Source: an uncultured Chloroflexia bacterium (GTDB taxonomy: Bacteria; Chloroflexota; Ktedonobacteria; Ktedonobacterales; JADMIN01). Taken from it: a stretch of 64,000 bases of DNA. The DNA lies in assembly GCA_963702665.1 (NCBI GenBank), contig CAVPDP010000016.1, positions 735-64,734 of the forward strand. The letters run 5' to 3'. The notes beneath the pieces were generated by a model. That model searched no databases and had not been told where the DNA came from. It worked only from the letters and a program-made list of their open reading frames with translations. The translations under genes and the position numbers were made by a program. Each line of letters starts with the position of its first letter. Within the stretch, counting starts at the first letter, position 1. Below, piece by piece: positions 1-10,096 of this stretch.

Positions 1-15
1 CTGGAGGAGAGCGCG

Positions 16-864
16 ATGGAGACGATACACACCCTCTATGAGCGCACGCCTGCCCCTGCGGATACGCTGACGCCCGCGCTATCCGCCGCCTATGGTGGTG
101 GGCTGGTCGTGCCCGATGGCCAGCCAGGGGAGCGCCCGTATGTGCTGGTCAACTTCATCGAGTCGCTCGATGGGGCTATTTCCTACACTCAGCCCGGCGA
201 ACCCTATCAAGGCACCGTCGGCGGCAAGAGCGACACCGACCACATGGTGATGGGGATTCTGCGCGCGCGGGCCGATGCGGTGATCTTCGGCGCAGGCTCG
301 TTGCGTATCGACCAGGGGCACATCCACACGCCCGCGTTCATCTATCCGCCGTATGCCGAGGCGTATGCGGCGCTGCGTCTCGCGCTGGGTAAAGGGGATA
401 CCCTGCCGATCAGCGTGGTGATGAGTGGCAGCGGCCAGATCAGCCTTGACGAGCGCACCTTCCATGCCCCCGATGTGCGCGTCGTGATTGTGACGACGGC
501 GACGGGGGAGCAGCGGCTCCGTGGTGAGACGCTGCCCGCTGGCGTCGCGGTGCGCGCGGTGGGTGCCGCGGCGGATGCCGAGGTTGATGTGCTGGCGATG
601 CTGCGGCTGCTGGCGGATGACTACGGCGTGCGCGTGGCGCTGAACGAGGGCGGCCCGCTGGTGCTGGCGTCGTTCCTGGCGGCGGGCGCGGTGGATGAGC
701 TATTTCTGACGCTCGCGCCGCAACTTGTCGGGCGGACGCGCGAAACGCCCCGGCGCGCGCTGGTGGAGGGCGTCGCCTTCTCGCCAGCGGATGCGCCCAA
801 CGCGCAGCTCCTCAGCGTCAAACAGGCGAAAAATCACCTGTTCCTGCGCTACGCCATAGGGTAG
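16..864 (+). CDS. RibD C-terminal domain (pyrimidine reductase/DHFR-like) protein
   Basis: Motifs VNFIESLDGAI, LRARADAVIFGAGSLR, NEGGP and VDELFLTLAP; GGAGG RBS upstream. Confidence 0.85.
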   Translation: METIHTLYERTPAPADTLTPALSAAYGGGLVVPDGQPGERPYVLVNFIESLDGAISYTQPGEPYQGTVGGKSDTDHMVMGILRARADAVIFGAGSLRIDQGHIHTPAFIYPPYAEAYAALRLALGKGDTLPISVVMSGSGQISLDERTFHAPDVRVVIVTTATGEQRLRGETLPAGVAVRAVGAAADAEVDVLAMLRLLADDYGVRVALNEGGPLVLASFLAAGAVDELFLTLAPQLVGRTRETPRRALVEGVAFSPADAPNAQLLSVKQAKNHLFLRYAIG

Positions 865-1041
865 CTGGCTGGCGGTTAAAACCGCGCCTGAAGGGCCTCC
901 CGATGGTCGGCCACCAAACCTGCCTGCGCAGGTTTCGCAGGCCAGACGTTGCCCACTGGATACCCCGTTGGCGCACACTCTGCAGCCCGCGCAGGCAAGC
1001 TCCTGCGGCGCAGCCCGTAGGCGCGGCTTCAGCCGCCAGCC
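864..1041. repeat. REP family 1, inverted pair (REPIN-like)
   Basis: GGCTGGCGGTTAAAACCGCGCCT at ~866 and GTAGGCGCGGCTTCAGCCGCCAGCC at ~1017 in opposite orientation, each with an associated GC-rich hairpin. Confidence 0.75.
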
Positions 1042-1177
1042 GCTGTGGCTGTGGCAACCGCATATGCACTCCCCGAATAGGCAGGGTATCGCAGACTTCC
1101 GGCGTGCTATCATCCGCCAGGAATTGATGGGTATAGGGGATGGGTCAGCATGCGAAGCAGGGGCAGCAGGGGGAGAC

Positions 1178-2110
1178 ATGCCAGCAATCATCGAGGTCGA
1201 GCGGCTCGTCAAGCGCTATCGGCGCGCGACGACGAATGCCGTTGATGGCGTCTCCTTCCGTGTCGAGTCCGGCGCGTTCTTCGCGCTGCTGGGACCAAAT
1301 GGCGCGGGCAAAACGACCACCATCTCGATCCTTACCACCACACTCTCGCCCACCACTGGCAGCGTGCGCATCGCGGGCTACGATGCCGTGCGCCAGGCGG
1401 CCGAGGTGCGGCGCAACGTCGGCATCATCTTTCAGAAGCCGAGCCTCGATCTCAATCTCACCGCCGAAGAAAATGTACGCTTCCACGCCATCCTCTATGG
1501 GCTGTATCCATTTCGCCCGTCATTCGCCAGCATGCCGCGCGCCTATCGCGAGCAGGTAGAGCGCCTGGCCGGGATGCTTGGGATCGCCGATACGCTGGGC
1601 AAGCCGGTCAAGAAGCTCTCCGGCGGCATGCAGCGCAAGCTGGAGATTGTGCGTAGTCTGCTGCATCAGCCAAAGATTCTCTTTCTCGATGAGCCGACGG
1701 CGGGGCTTGATCCGCAGAGCCGCCGCAATCTCTGGGACTACCTGCGCATCATCCGCGCCGAGAATGGCGTGACGCTCTTTCTGACGACCCACTATCTGGA
1801 GGAGGCGGAGCAGGTCGATAACGTCTGTGTCATCAACACCGGCCAGATCGTCTCGCTGGGTACGCCCACTGAGGTCAAGGCCCAGCTCGTCCAGGATTAC
1901 CTGCTGATCGACGCCGCGAGCCGTGAGCAGTTGCGCGCCGAGTTGAGCCGTAAGCGTATCGCGTTCACCGAGACGCCGCTCTTTCGCATCGAGGCGGAGG
2001 GCGGCGGGGTGCAGGATGTCTTGCGCCAGATCGAGACGCCGCTGACGGTCGTACAGACGCATACACCCTCGCTCGAAGACGCCTATCTCGAACTCGTGAG
2101 GACGCCATGA
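1178..2110 (+). CDS. ABC transporter ATP-binding protein (DrrA-like)
   Basis: Walker A GPNGAGKTT, signature LSGGMQRK, Walker B LFLDEPT, H-loop TTHY. Confidence 0.95.
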   Translation: MPAIIEVERLVKRYRRATTNAVDGVSFRVESGAFFALLGPNGAGKTTTISILTTTLSPTTGSVRIAGYDAVRQAAEVRRNVGIIFQKPSLDLNLTAEENVRFHAILYGLYPFRPSFASMPRAYREQVERLAGMLGIADTLGKPVKKLSGGMQRKLEIVRSLLHQPKILFLDEPTAGLDPQSRRNLWDYLRIIRAENGVTLFLTTHYLEEAEQVDNVCVINTGQIVSLGTPTEVKAQLVQDYLLIDAASREQLRAELSRKRIAFTETPLFRIEAEGGGVQDVLRQIETPLTVVQTHTPSLEDAYLELVRTP

Positions 2111-2886
2111 GAGACTTTAACGCCATCCTGACCATCGCCTACCGTGACGTAATGAAGTTTCTCCGCGATCCCGCCCGGTTGGTGAGCACGCTCATCTTTC
2201 CGCTCTTCTTCGTGGGGGTGCTGGGCGGCAGCCTCCAGGCCAATCTCGGCGCTGGCGTCCACTATAACCTGCTGGATGTGACGTTTACCGGCATCTTCGC
2301 CATGACGCTCTTTCAGTCCACCTGCCAGGGCATCATCTCGCTGATCGAGGATCGTGAGAACGACTTTAGCCAGGAGATTTTCATCGCGCCGATCTCGCGC
2401 TACTCCATCGTTTTTGGCAAAATCGCGGGCGAGAGTCTGGTGGCGCTGGCGCAGGGAGTGGCCATCGTGCTCTTCGCGGTGCTGGCGCATGTCTCGCTCA
2501 CGCCCGCGCGGCTGCTCGGCTTGATTCCCACGGCGGTGGTGTCGTGTCTGCTGGGTGGCGCGTTCGGCATCATGCTCATCGGCAACTTCAACAGCCAGCG
2601 CGTGGCGAATCAGATACTGCCCTATCTCATCTTCCCGCAGTTCTTTCTGGCGGGCATCTTCTATCCAGTGCGCACGCTGCCGTTGTATCTCGACATCCTC
2701 TCGCGCATCTCGCCGCTCCGCTATGTGGTGGATTTCGCGCGCGGCCTCTTTTATACCGGTTCGGGCGACTATGGCAAAGTGGTGTTGGCCAGCCCGGCGC
2801 TCAACCTGACCGTGATCGCCGCGATGTTTGCCGTCTTTCTCGTCATCGGCACGGTGCTCTTCGTTGGCCGCGAGCGCAACCGCTAA
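2107..2886 (+). CDS. ABC-2 type transporter permease
   Basis: About 6 hydrophobic segments; ATGA overlap with the ATPase gene; DRENDFSQEIFIAPISR motif. Confidence 0.93.
   Translation: MRDFNAILTIAYRDVMKFLRDPARLVSTLIFPLFFVGVLGGSLQANLGAGVHYNLLDVTFTGIFAMTLFQSTCQGIISLIEDRENDFSQEIFIAPISRYSIVFGKIAGESLVALAQGVAIVLFAVLAHVSLTPARLLGLIPTAVVSCLLGGAFGIMLIGNFNSQRVANQILPYLIFPQFFLAGIFYPVRTLPLYLDILSRISPLRYVVDFARGLFYTGSGDYGKVVLASPALNLTVIAAMFAVFLVIGTVLFVGRERNR
2844..2886 (+). repeat. 43-bp 3' end of the permease, copy 1 (also at 4023-4065; 19 bp of it at 5135-5153)
   Basis: CATCGGCACGGTGCTCTTCGTTGGCCGCGAGCGCAACCGCTAA is identical at 4023-4065. Confidence 0.95.
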
Positions 2887-2950
2887 TGGTGAACAGAAAA
2901 ACACCTTCTAAATACCCCGCAGTTGAAGGCCATTTCCGTTTATTAAGGAG

Positions 2951-3232
2951 TCAGGAGGCGCTCAGGATGTTTGCATATATGCGACTGTTTACCGCACACG
3001 CGGAAACCACTTCGTGAAGAACCGTTCCATAGGCGGAGGATTGAATGCCAATCGGCTCATAAAATAGCTCAATCCAACTCCCATGTCGATCCATAGTGTT
3101 TAGGAACTCGTCCACAGTTATCTGACCGCGAATATATGCGTCTACTTCCTGGTCGCGTTCGGAGCGTTGTGTGATAGCCGACTCCGGCTCCGTTGGATGT
3201 GTAGCAGCGCGAATATTAGACGTTGATGGCAT
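2951..3232 (-). CDS. Small hypothetical protein (weak VbhA-antitoxin-like motif)
   Basis: GGGAGG RBS upstream; DAYIRGQITVDEF segment; AT-richer than the flanks. Confidence 0.35.
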   Translation of the reverse strand: MPSTSNIRAATHPTEPESAITQRSERDQEVDAYIRGQITVDEFLNTMDRHGSWIELFYEPIGIQSSAYGTVLHEVVSACAVNSRIYANILSAS

Positions 3233-3415
3233 GCCATTTATCCTCCCTTGATCCTTGCATCGATGCTGCATCTAAAATATGCCATCTGGTGGATGCGGCA
3301 AAAAGTCAAGATGCTGGATGACCAGATTATACTCCTGTTTACAATGTTAATACGAAAGACATATTAACGCGTCCGTGAGCTAGACGTAGACAATTGTAGC
3401 GCCTTACTTGGCCCA

Positions 3416-3832
3416 CTACTGCGTGACCTCCAACGCATCACGGAAGAGCATCGGGTAATCGGCGTGCGCCAGCGTCAACGTGGCCGCGTCGTCTACCGTG
3501 AACCACGCGACCGCGTCGTGCTCGTCTGGCAGCAGATTCCGAGGTTCCCCCTCCCACTGGGTGACTAGGAACAGGTGCATGCGGAGCAGAGAGGCAGTCT
3601 CGTCGCCCATCGCCGGCGCCCGTAGCACGGCCCATTCCCGCCACGCTATGGGCGTCACGCCAAGTTCCTCGCGCAGTTCGCGCACCAGCGCCTGCTCGGC
3701 GGTCTCGCCTGCCTCCACATGCCCGCCTGGCAGGTCCCACACCCCTGGATAGGCCGTACGGCGAGCTGAGCGTTTCCCCAGCAGGAGACGACCCTGGCAG
3801 CATAGCAGTCCGGCAGCGATGTCGATTTCCAC
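3416..3832 (-). CDS. NUDIX hydrolase (MutT-like)
   Basis: Nudix box [24 protein letters not shown]. Confidence 0.92.
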   Translation of the reverse strand: MEIDIAAGLLCCQGRLLLGKRSARRTAYPGVWDLPGGHVEAGETAEQALVRELREELGVTPIAWREWAVLRAPAMGDETASLLRMHLFLVTQWEGEPRNLLPDEHDAVAWFTVDDAATLTLAHADYPMLFRDALEVTQ

Positions 3833-3865
3833 GCGTACACCTCGCTCTCACCCGACCTGTGTCCA

Positions 3866-4024
3866 TCAGGACAACCAGGCCGTCATCCGCTCCACGCCGT
3901 AGAACGGTGTCTTCGTGTATTGTTCGTCCAAGTGTCGCATCAACGTCAGATTCTCCGGTGTTTCGCCGCAGGACGCATAGGACGCATAATACCAGCTGGA
4001 GCGCGCCACGCCCGCCAGGGCACA
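3866..4024 (-). pseudogene. IS3-family transposase OrfB internal fragment
   Basis: Manual translation gives CALAGVARSSWYY...ETPENLTLMRHLDEQYTKTPFYGVERMTAWLS*, typical of the IS3 OrfB N-terminal HTH region. Confidence 0.8.
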
Positions 4025-4065
4025 TCGGCACGGTGCTCTTCGTTGGCCGCGAGCGCAACCGCTAA
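4023..4065 (+). repeat. Stranded exact copy of the permease 3' end
   Basis: 43/43 identity to 2844-2886. Confidence 0.95.
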
Positions 4066-4078
4066 CTTACTGTGGCGC

Positions 4079-4300
4079 CTATCTTGTCGATGCTCGATCA
4101 AATGCCCGCGCCAGAGTCACCGTTCGTGAGATGACGTACCCAATGACCAGCGCAAGGGTGATTGCAATGGTGATGAGAGCCGCCAGCCCATCGCCAGTGC
4201 GGGCCAGTAAAAAGCTGATCGTTCCGCCGATAATAAACACCCAAAAGGCACGCCAAATGACCGAGACCACCCACAGTGCCAGACGATTCTTATTGACCAC
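4079..4300 (-). CDS. Small 2-TM membrane protein
   Basis: GAGGAG RBS, GTG start, two hydrophobic helices. Confidence 0.6.
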   Translation of the reverse strand: MVNKNRLALWVVSVIWRAFWVFIIGGTISFLLARTGDGLAALITIAITLALVIGYVISRTVTLARAFDRASTR

Positions 4301-4362
4301 GAGATTTCTCCTCAGATGACACTGTCCGAAGCGCTTGTTCGCTATGCATGGAGCCAGAAACG

Positions 4363-4901
4363 CTATTCGGTGAGGATGGGCCGCGTGAGGATGGCGAGGT
4401 AGGCGCTCCACGGGCCGACCGCCTCGCCATATTGCCGCGCCATCACCTCGACAATCTGGCCGATATGGTTCAAGTCGTGAACCACCCAGGTTGCCAGCAA
4501 TTGGCTCAGTGTGACGGTTCCCAGCGCTGGATGGACGCCTTTGAGCGCGAGCTTCTCAGGGGTGATCTGAAACGCGCTCAGCGTCACCAGATTGTTCGTG
4601 CGCGCCTGCTCGAACGCCGTGAGCAACTGGTCGAGTGAGAAACCCTGATACTGCTCGAACATGGCCGTCCGATCAAACGAGTCGAAGGGTCGTTGCTCGC
4701 CGTATGCGAGGATGATGCGGGCGCGCTCGATCCAGTCGGCCTCTTCGCCGTGGAGCAGGTGCCCGACGATGTCATAGGCGCTCCAGGTATCTGGCCCCTC
4801 GGTGCTGGTGGTCACGCCTCGGGCAGCCCCCGCAGGAGCGCCATCAAGGTAGCTGGCGTCCGGCGCAGAATCTCGACGGCCTGCTCATATTGATATTCCA
4901 T
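4363..4901 (-). CDS. DinB family protein (frameshift near 4815)
   Basis: MEYQYEQAVEILRRTPATL joined to WSAYDIVGHLLHGE...WVVHDLNHIGQI. Confidence 0.85.
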
Positions 4902-5079
4902 GTATGACCCCCCTCTGGAGAGCAAATGGCGAAAGAATGTTGAAAGCGGGCATGACTGACCAGGCCCGTCTTATCCTGACTTGATAGCGCCACGCGGGAT
5001 CTTATAGGCCACTGCAAGTTTACCCCATGTTCGCCAGTCTTGGCTGCCCTCTAGCCGCTGGGCCGTACCTGTTTGCTGT

Positions 5080-5137
5080 AGATGTTCGCGGAGTATCGCG
5101 AGCGCTGCGAGGATAGGCGCGTACGACTCGGCGAGCC
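5080..5137 (+). pseudogene. Internal fragment of a macrodomain gene fused to the third permease-end copy
   Basis: Reads MFAEYRERCEDRRVRLGEP versus MFAEYSERCKDGLVRLGEP at 5644-5700. Confidence 0.75.
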
Positions 5138-5280
5138 GCGAGCGCAACCGCTAGTCACCTCACCACAATTTCCGTTGGCGCGTCTGCCTGCGGGATATGC
5201 ATTTCAGATGGGCATTCGGAAAGGTGTATAGTGGATAGTGGCAGCCTGTTCGGCAGGGCAGCCAGCAAAGAGAGACGAGT

Positions 5281-5505
5281 ATGGCGCGCTTCAAAATCTT
5301 CCCACGCTATCGCAGACCCTCGCTCAAGACCGCGCTAGGCATCACCACAGCAAAACGGCGTTTCAGAAAAGCAACCGGCTATTACGCCATCACGCGGCCC
5401 TTGCGCGCGCCCACCAACTTCAAGCGACGCGTGCTACGACGGGCGGGCTATTATAGTGGGCCAATGAAGTTCCTGCGTTTCCTGCGGCGCTCGCTGCATA
5501 GCTGA
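5281..5505 (+). CDS. Small, highly basic hypothetical protein
   Basis: 74 aa Arg/Lys-rich ORF directly upstream of the macrodomain gene; internal GYY repeat. Confidence 0.65.
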   Translation: MARFKIFPRYRRPSLKTALGITTAKRRFRKATGYYAITRPLRAPTNFKRRVLRRAGYYSGPMKFLRFLRRSLHS

Positions 5506-5520
5506 GTGGAGGCAGGCTGC

Positions 5521-5960
5521 ATGGTTAACCTCGTCACGGGTGATCTCTTCGACTCCGAGGCGCAGACGCTGGTGAATGCGGTCAACTGCGCTGGCGTGAT
5601 GGGTAAGGGCATCGCGCTGGCGTTCAAGAGGCAGTTTCCGGAGATGTTCGCGGAGTATAGTGAGCGCTGCAAAGACGGCCTTGTGCGCCTCGGTGAGCCA
5701 TATCTCTATCGTGGTGAATCGTTCCCCTGGGTGTTGAACTTTCCAACGAAGAGTCACTGGCGATCCGTCTCGAAGCTGGAGGATATCGTCGCCGGGCTGG
5801 CCTACCTGGAGGCGCATTACCGCGCCTGGGGCATCACCTCGCTGGCCGTCCCGCGCTCGGCTGTGGCGCTGGCCAGCTCGAATGGGATGTCGTTGGCCCG
5901 GCGCTCTATGACACGCTTGCCCGGCTGGCTATCCCTGTTGCGTTGTACGCGCCGTTATGA
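5521..5960 (+). CDS. Stand-alone macrodomain protein, DarG/TARG1-like (frameshift near 5850)
   Basis: GDLF, VNAVNCAGVMGKGIALAFK and NFPTKSHW; the shifted frame continues ALGCGAGQLEW...LYAPL*. Confidence 0.88.
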
Positions 5961-6078
5961 TGGCGCGGCTCTGTACCATAATACGGCATGTTGCTAAGGT
6001 GTAAGCGACGCTTCTCATCGCGCCGCGAGTTGTCCACATTGTCCACAATTCTATCCACAAAATTGCGTATGTGGCTTC

Positions 6079-6567
6079 CTACACCGGGGCATTGGTGAAG
6101 GGGCTGCGGCGCGAGACACGCCAGCCGTTATCCGGCTCGTGCTGCAAGATCACCAACATGCCAATGGGCGCGGCGGCATGCGGGCGGCTCAGTGTAAAGG
6201 TATAGGTGGCGCTCTCGTCGTCGAGCTGCAACGGACGCGCGGCGCAGCTCGTGACCGCGCCTTGATGCTGATCGAGCGCGTGAAGTTGCGCCTCAAATGT
6301 GTGTGGATTGAAGGCGCCAGTCGCCAGGGGCGGGACAGGCGCCGGGTCGATCATGGTGGCGAGCGTCTCATACTGCTGGCGCTGAAGCGTCGAGCAGATC
6401 GCGGCAGCGGTATCCGCGCGCATTTGCAGCGAGATCACCTGGCGCAGTCGCACCGCGCCAAACGCCGCTACTCCGCCCAGAAGCAGGAGCGCTATCGCCA
6501 GGAGCAACGTTGCGCGATATCTGCTAAGCGCCTTCGTCATGCTCATTCCGTGCTGCTCATTCGCCAC
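6079..6567 (-). CDS. Membrane-anchored hypothetical protein
   Basis: N-terminal TM helix; GGAGG RBS; intact copy of the duplicated unit. Confidence 0.7.
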   Translation of the reverse strand: MANEQHGMSMTKALSRYRATLLLAIALLLLGGVAAFGAVRLRQVISLQMRADTAAAICSTLQRQQYETLATMIDPAPVPPLATGAFNPHTFEAQLHALDQHQGAVTSCAARPLQLDDESATYTFTLSRPHAAAPIGMLVILQHEPDNGWRVSRRSPFTNAPV

Positions 6568-6649
6568 CGTCGCCTCCTGCTGCCGCCCGTCTACTGTCGC
6601 TACCGCCGCCGCCCGCCGTTGGCAATCGTCCTCACCTTGCCTCCGGCGA

Positions 6650-6679
6650 GTTTAGCAGCCAGCCCTGGCTAACGTCAAC
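6650..6679 (-). promoter_or_regulatory. Sigma70-like promoter (also present in copy 2)
   Basis: TTGACG-N18-TAAACT with extended -10 TG on the minus strand. Confidence 0.5.
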
Positions 6680-6865
6680 TCTCACGATAAGAGCCGCTCA
6701 ACCCGAACCTTCGGGCTAACCGGAAAGTTCGTTTGAAACTTCATAGGGGCAAAAAGGCCAAATCTGAGACGGCTAGACAGATGGAAGGTCATCTCGTGTG
6801 GCTTTTCAGCCGAGTCCGCCGTCTGGTTAACAAGAAATGAAATCATTTGGCCGCAATGATCATAG

Positions 6866-7256
6866 CATACCAATGGGCGCGGCGTCATGCTGGCGACTCA
6901 GGGTAAAGGTATAGGTGGCGCTTTCGTCGTCGAGCTGCAACGGACGCGCGGCGCAGCTCGTGACCGCGCCCTTGATGCTGATCGAGCGCGTGAAGTTGCG
7001 TCTCAAATGTGTGTGGGTTGAAGGCGCCCGTCGCCAGGGGAGGGACAGGCGCCGGGTCGATCATGTTGGCGAGCGTCTCATATTGCTGGCGCTGAAGCGT
7101 CGAGCAGATCGCGGCGGCGGTATCTGCGCGCATTTGCAGCGAGATCACCTGACGCAGTCGCACCGCGCCAAACGCCGCTACTCCGCCCAGGAGCAGCAGC
7201 GCTATCGCCAGGAGCAACGTCGCGCGATATCTGATAAGCGCCTTCGTCATGCTCAT
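6866..7256 (-). pseudogene. 3'-truncated paralog of 6079-6567
   Basis: Same N-terminus; lacks the last ~27 codons; contains frameshifts. Confidence 0.75.
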
Positions 7257-7844
7257 TCTGTGATGCTCATTCGCTACCGTCGCCTCCTGCTGCCGCCCGT
7301 CTACTGCCGCTCCCGCCGCCGCCCACTGTTGGCAATCGTCCTCACCTTGCCTCCGGGGAGTCTAGCAGCCAGTCCTGGCTAACGTCAACTGTCTCGACTA
7401 AGAGGCGACTGAGCACGAACATTCGGGCTAACCGGAAAGTTCGTCTGAAACTTCATAGGGGCAAAAACACCAAATCTGAGACTCCGCGACAGATGGATGG
7501 TCATCTCGTGTGGCTTTTCAGCCGAGTCCGCCGTCTGGTTAACAAGAAATGAAATCATTTGGCCGCAATCATCATCGCGCTACAAATGCCCGTTTGCTTC
7601 TTTCCCCATCCTCTTGAAGCACACGGTTGACAAGAACTCTTGTTCTAAGGTAGACTTTCCGCAGACGGCGTGTGGCCGCTTTTTTGTGGCCCATGTTCTG
7701 CCAGAAATTCTGCTCCTGAGAGCCAGGCCTCGCAGGGGGTAAAGCCGTTTGTCGCGGCATTCATAGAGAACCATTAGAGAATCGCATCGCCTGGATGGTA
7801 GCGGCTGCGCTCATCACTCTCACGTGTGCGGGAGGTATTACAGT

Positions 7845-9027
7845 ATGCGAGAGGTCAGATCCGATACGCCAACACAGCATCTGGCATCGTCCTATGTGGG
7901 CGTTCGGCACACGGCGCCCCAGCGCCCGCGTGAGGCCAGCCAGACCAGCCAGACCAGTTGGAACTTTCAGTCGCCTGCCACCAAAACCACCACAGCGGCT
8001 CCGACAAGCACGCCAACGAGCGTGTCGAGTTCCGGTCGCTGGCGCACCCCTGGCTCAGCAATCGCTACCCCAGCGCCGCTCTCGTCGCTGGTGGTGAGTC
8101 CCTTTGCCGCGCCCGGTCTCGATGCGCGGCCAGACCCGCAGGTGTGGCTGATTGCCAATGTCACTGCGGCGGGCGGCATGCGCGCGCTCGAAGGCGTCGG
8201 GCGCGCGGGCGCGATTCCGGTGGGTCGCCCCTATGGTTTTTTGCGCGCGATTCGTCCGGTCATGCCACCGGGCGCGCTGGGCAACAGTCTCAGATGGCCT
8301 GGACGCCGCGCCCGATAGCGCTGGCATCACGGCTCGTGTGCGCCGTGGCCGCTCCACGCGCAAGGGGCTTGGCTCGGCGGAGGCGTGCCCACCCGGCAAT
8401 AATCTGCCCGCGCCTCGTCCACTGCCACAGATCGTCTCGGCGGTGGAGATCGAAACCGATGCGGGCGTGTTTCGTGTCGAGCGTCCCAACGACGTGCTGA
8501 CGCATAGCGATATCGCGTGGTCCCTGGCGCATCTGGAGGCTGGCGAGCCAGATAGCCTTGTGCCACTGCCCCGGCGCCAGCTTGCGCTCTTGCTGACGCT
8601 CCTGCCAACGCCCGAAGACCCCGAACACCCTGAACTGGATCCGACATGGGGATGGGCGCATCGCCTGCGTGGCCCGTGGGAACGTGGTCCGCTGCATCCC
8701 CGTGGTCGGCTCGGTCGGCTGATTGCCATCGACCCCGATCCCGGCGGCAAAGGGATGCATCGCGCCTGCTTCGAGTTGCTCGGCTCTGAGGATGTCGTCT
8801 GGGCGCTTGGCGTGCCCTGCTTCCGCACCGGCAGCGTCTATGAACTGGCGCCGCTGGGCAAGAGCAACCGCTGGCTCTCGTGGCCGCTCACCCGCACCCG
8901 CAGTCGCGCTGGCAGCCCCGAGCGCCCCGCGTGGGAGATCGCGCGCGTCGTCTATCGCGTGGGATCGCCGCGCTGGCCACTCGCGGGTGTCGTCGAGCCA
9001 CTTGGGCCGATGGGCATCGCGGGCTAA
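7845..9027 (+). CDS. Hypothetical protein (frameshift near 8285)
   Basis: GGAGG RBS; two overlapping long ORFs; Ser/Thr-rich N-terminus. Confidence 0.55.
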
Positions 9028-9180
9028 CATTCTATAGTCGGTTGACGGCAGATATAACATGCGCGCCGGAAGGGGATCAATCCTTCCGGCGCGCATTATT
9101 GCAGAAAACGAACTGGCCGCCCGCTGGCTGAAAATGGCCAGAAGAGCGGTTGCGAATAGGGTGGATTGTGCTGAACTGGA

Positions 9181-10096
9181 TTATCTGACAATCACCGTTG
9201 AGCGCTTCCTGAGCACGCTGGCAAGGATGATGGTCGAGGTAATCAGGACAACGAGATTAAAAATGCCTGGGCAGACGAACGTTACGGCGCCCAACCCTAA
9301 GGTAACGGCTGCCAGGAATATTGCTCCCAGCAAAGGCATAGATCAACAGATGATCCCGCCAATCAGTAACAAAATGCCGGGTAAGATATATCCAGAGATC
9401 ATCCAGCCAATGCCGAAGATGCCGAAGAGGCCAGGGATGACTCTAGAATGATGGCTAGGTCGAGTTGTCTTCTGCTGCTGCACGACGACCACTGGCTGAA
9501 CCACTGGCGGATAGTAGCCCGGCTGTCCCTGTGGCAGTGGGCCGGACGGCTGATAGTAACCCTGTTGCCCCTGCTGTAGCGGGACGGATTGCTGATAGTA
9601 GCCCGTTGCTGCGGTGGCGGTGGGCCAGACGGCTGGTAGTAGCCCGGTTGGCCTTGTGGCAGCGGGACGGATGGGGATGGCGCAGGGCCACCCATCGGGC
9701 CACTCTGCCATTGCTGCTGCTGTGGCGGCAATGGTCCGGATGGCGCGGGGCCACCAGTTGGGCTGGCTTGCCACTGCGGCATGGGCGTCGGCGCCACTGG
9801 CGGATAGTAGCCCGGTTGCTGTGGTGGCAGCGGGCCAGATGGAGCGGCGCCTCCGATTGGGCCGGTCTGCCATGCTGCTGCGGTGGCCATTGCTGTTGCT
9901 GCGGCGCTGGAGGAGGTGGTGGTGGCATGTAAGCCGGTGGTAGCGTTGGAGGAGGTGGAAGCACAGGTGGATCTGGCTCCACTGATGAGTAGCCGGGCGC
10001 GGTGGTATCGTTATAGCCTGGTAAGGTTGCGCCATCTGGCGCCTGGTTGTCAGATGGCCAGCTGGGATCAGGCACTCGATACGGGTCATCCATCAT
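9181..10096 (-). CDS. Pro/Gln-rich protein with C-terminal TM2-like membrane domain, paralog A (several frameshifts)
   Basis: AAGGAG RBS; repeated PSGPLP and GYY units; GLFGIFGIGWMISG hydrophobic tail. Confidence 0.7.

Larger units (their letters stand above)
6157..7575. repeat. ~710-bp diverged tandem duplication (about 6157-6863 and 6866-7575)
   Basis: Collinear, near-identical gene plus upstream region. Confidence 0.93.

Noticed and set aside
2844-5154. Integron or CRISPR interpretation of the repeated 43/19-bp sequence
   Set aside because: The repeat is coding sequence, has no attC R/L box structure, is spaced about 1.1 kb apart, and there is no intI or cas gene
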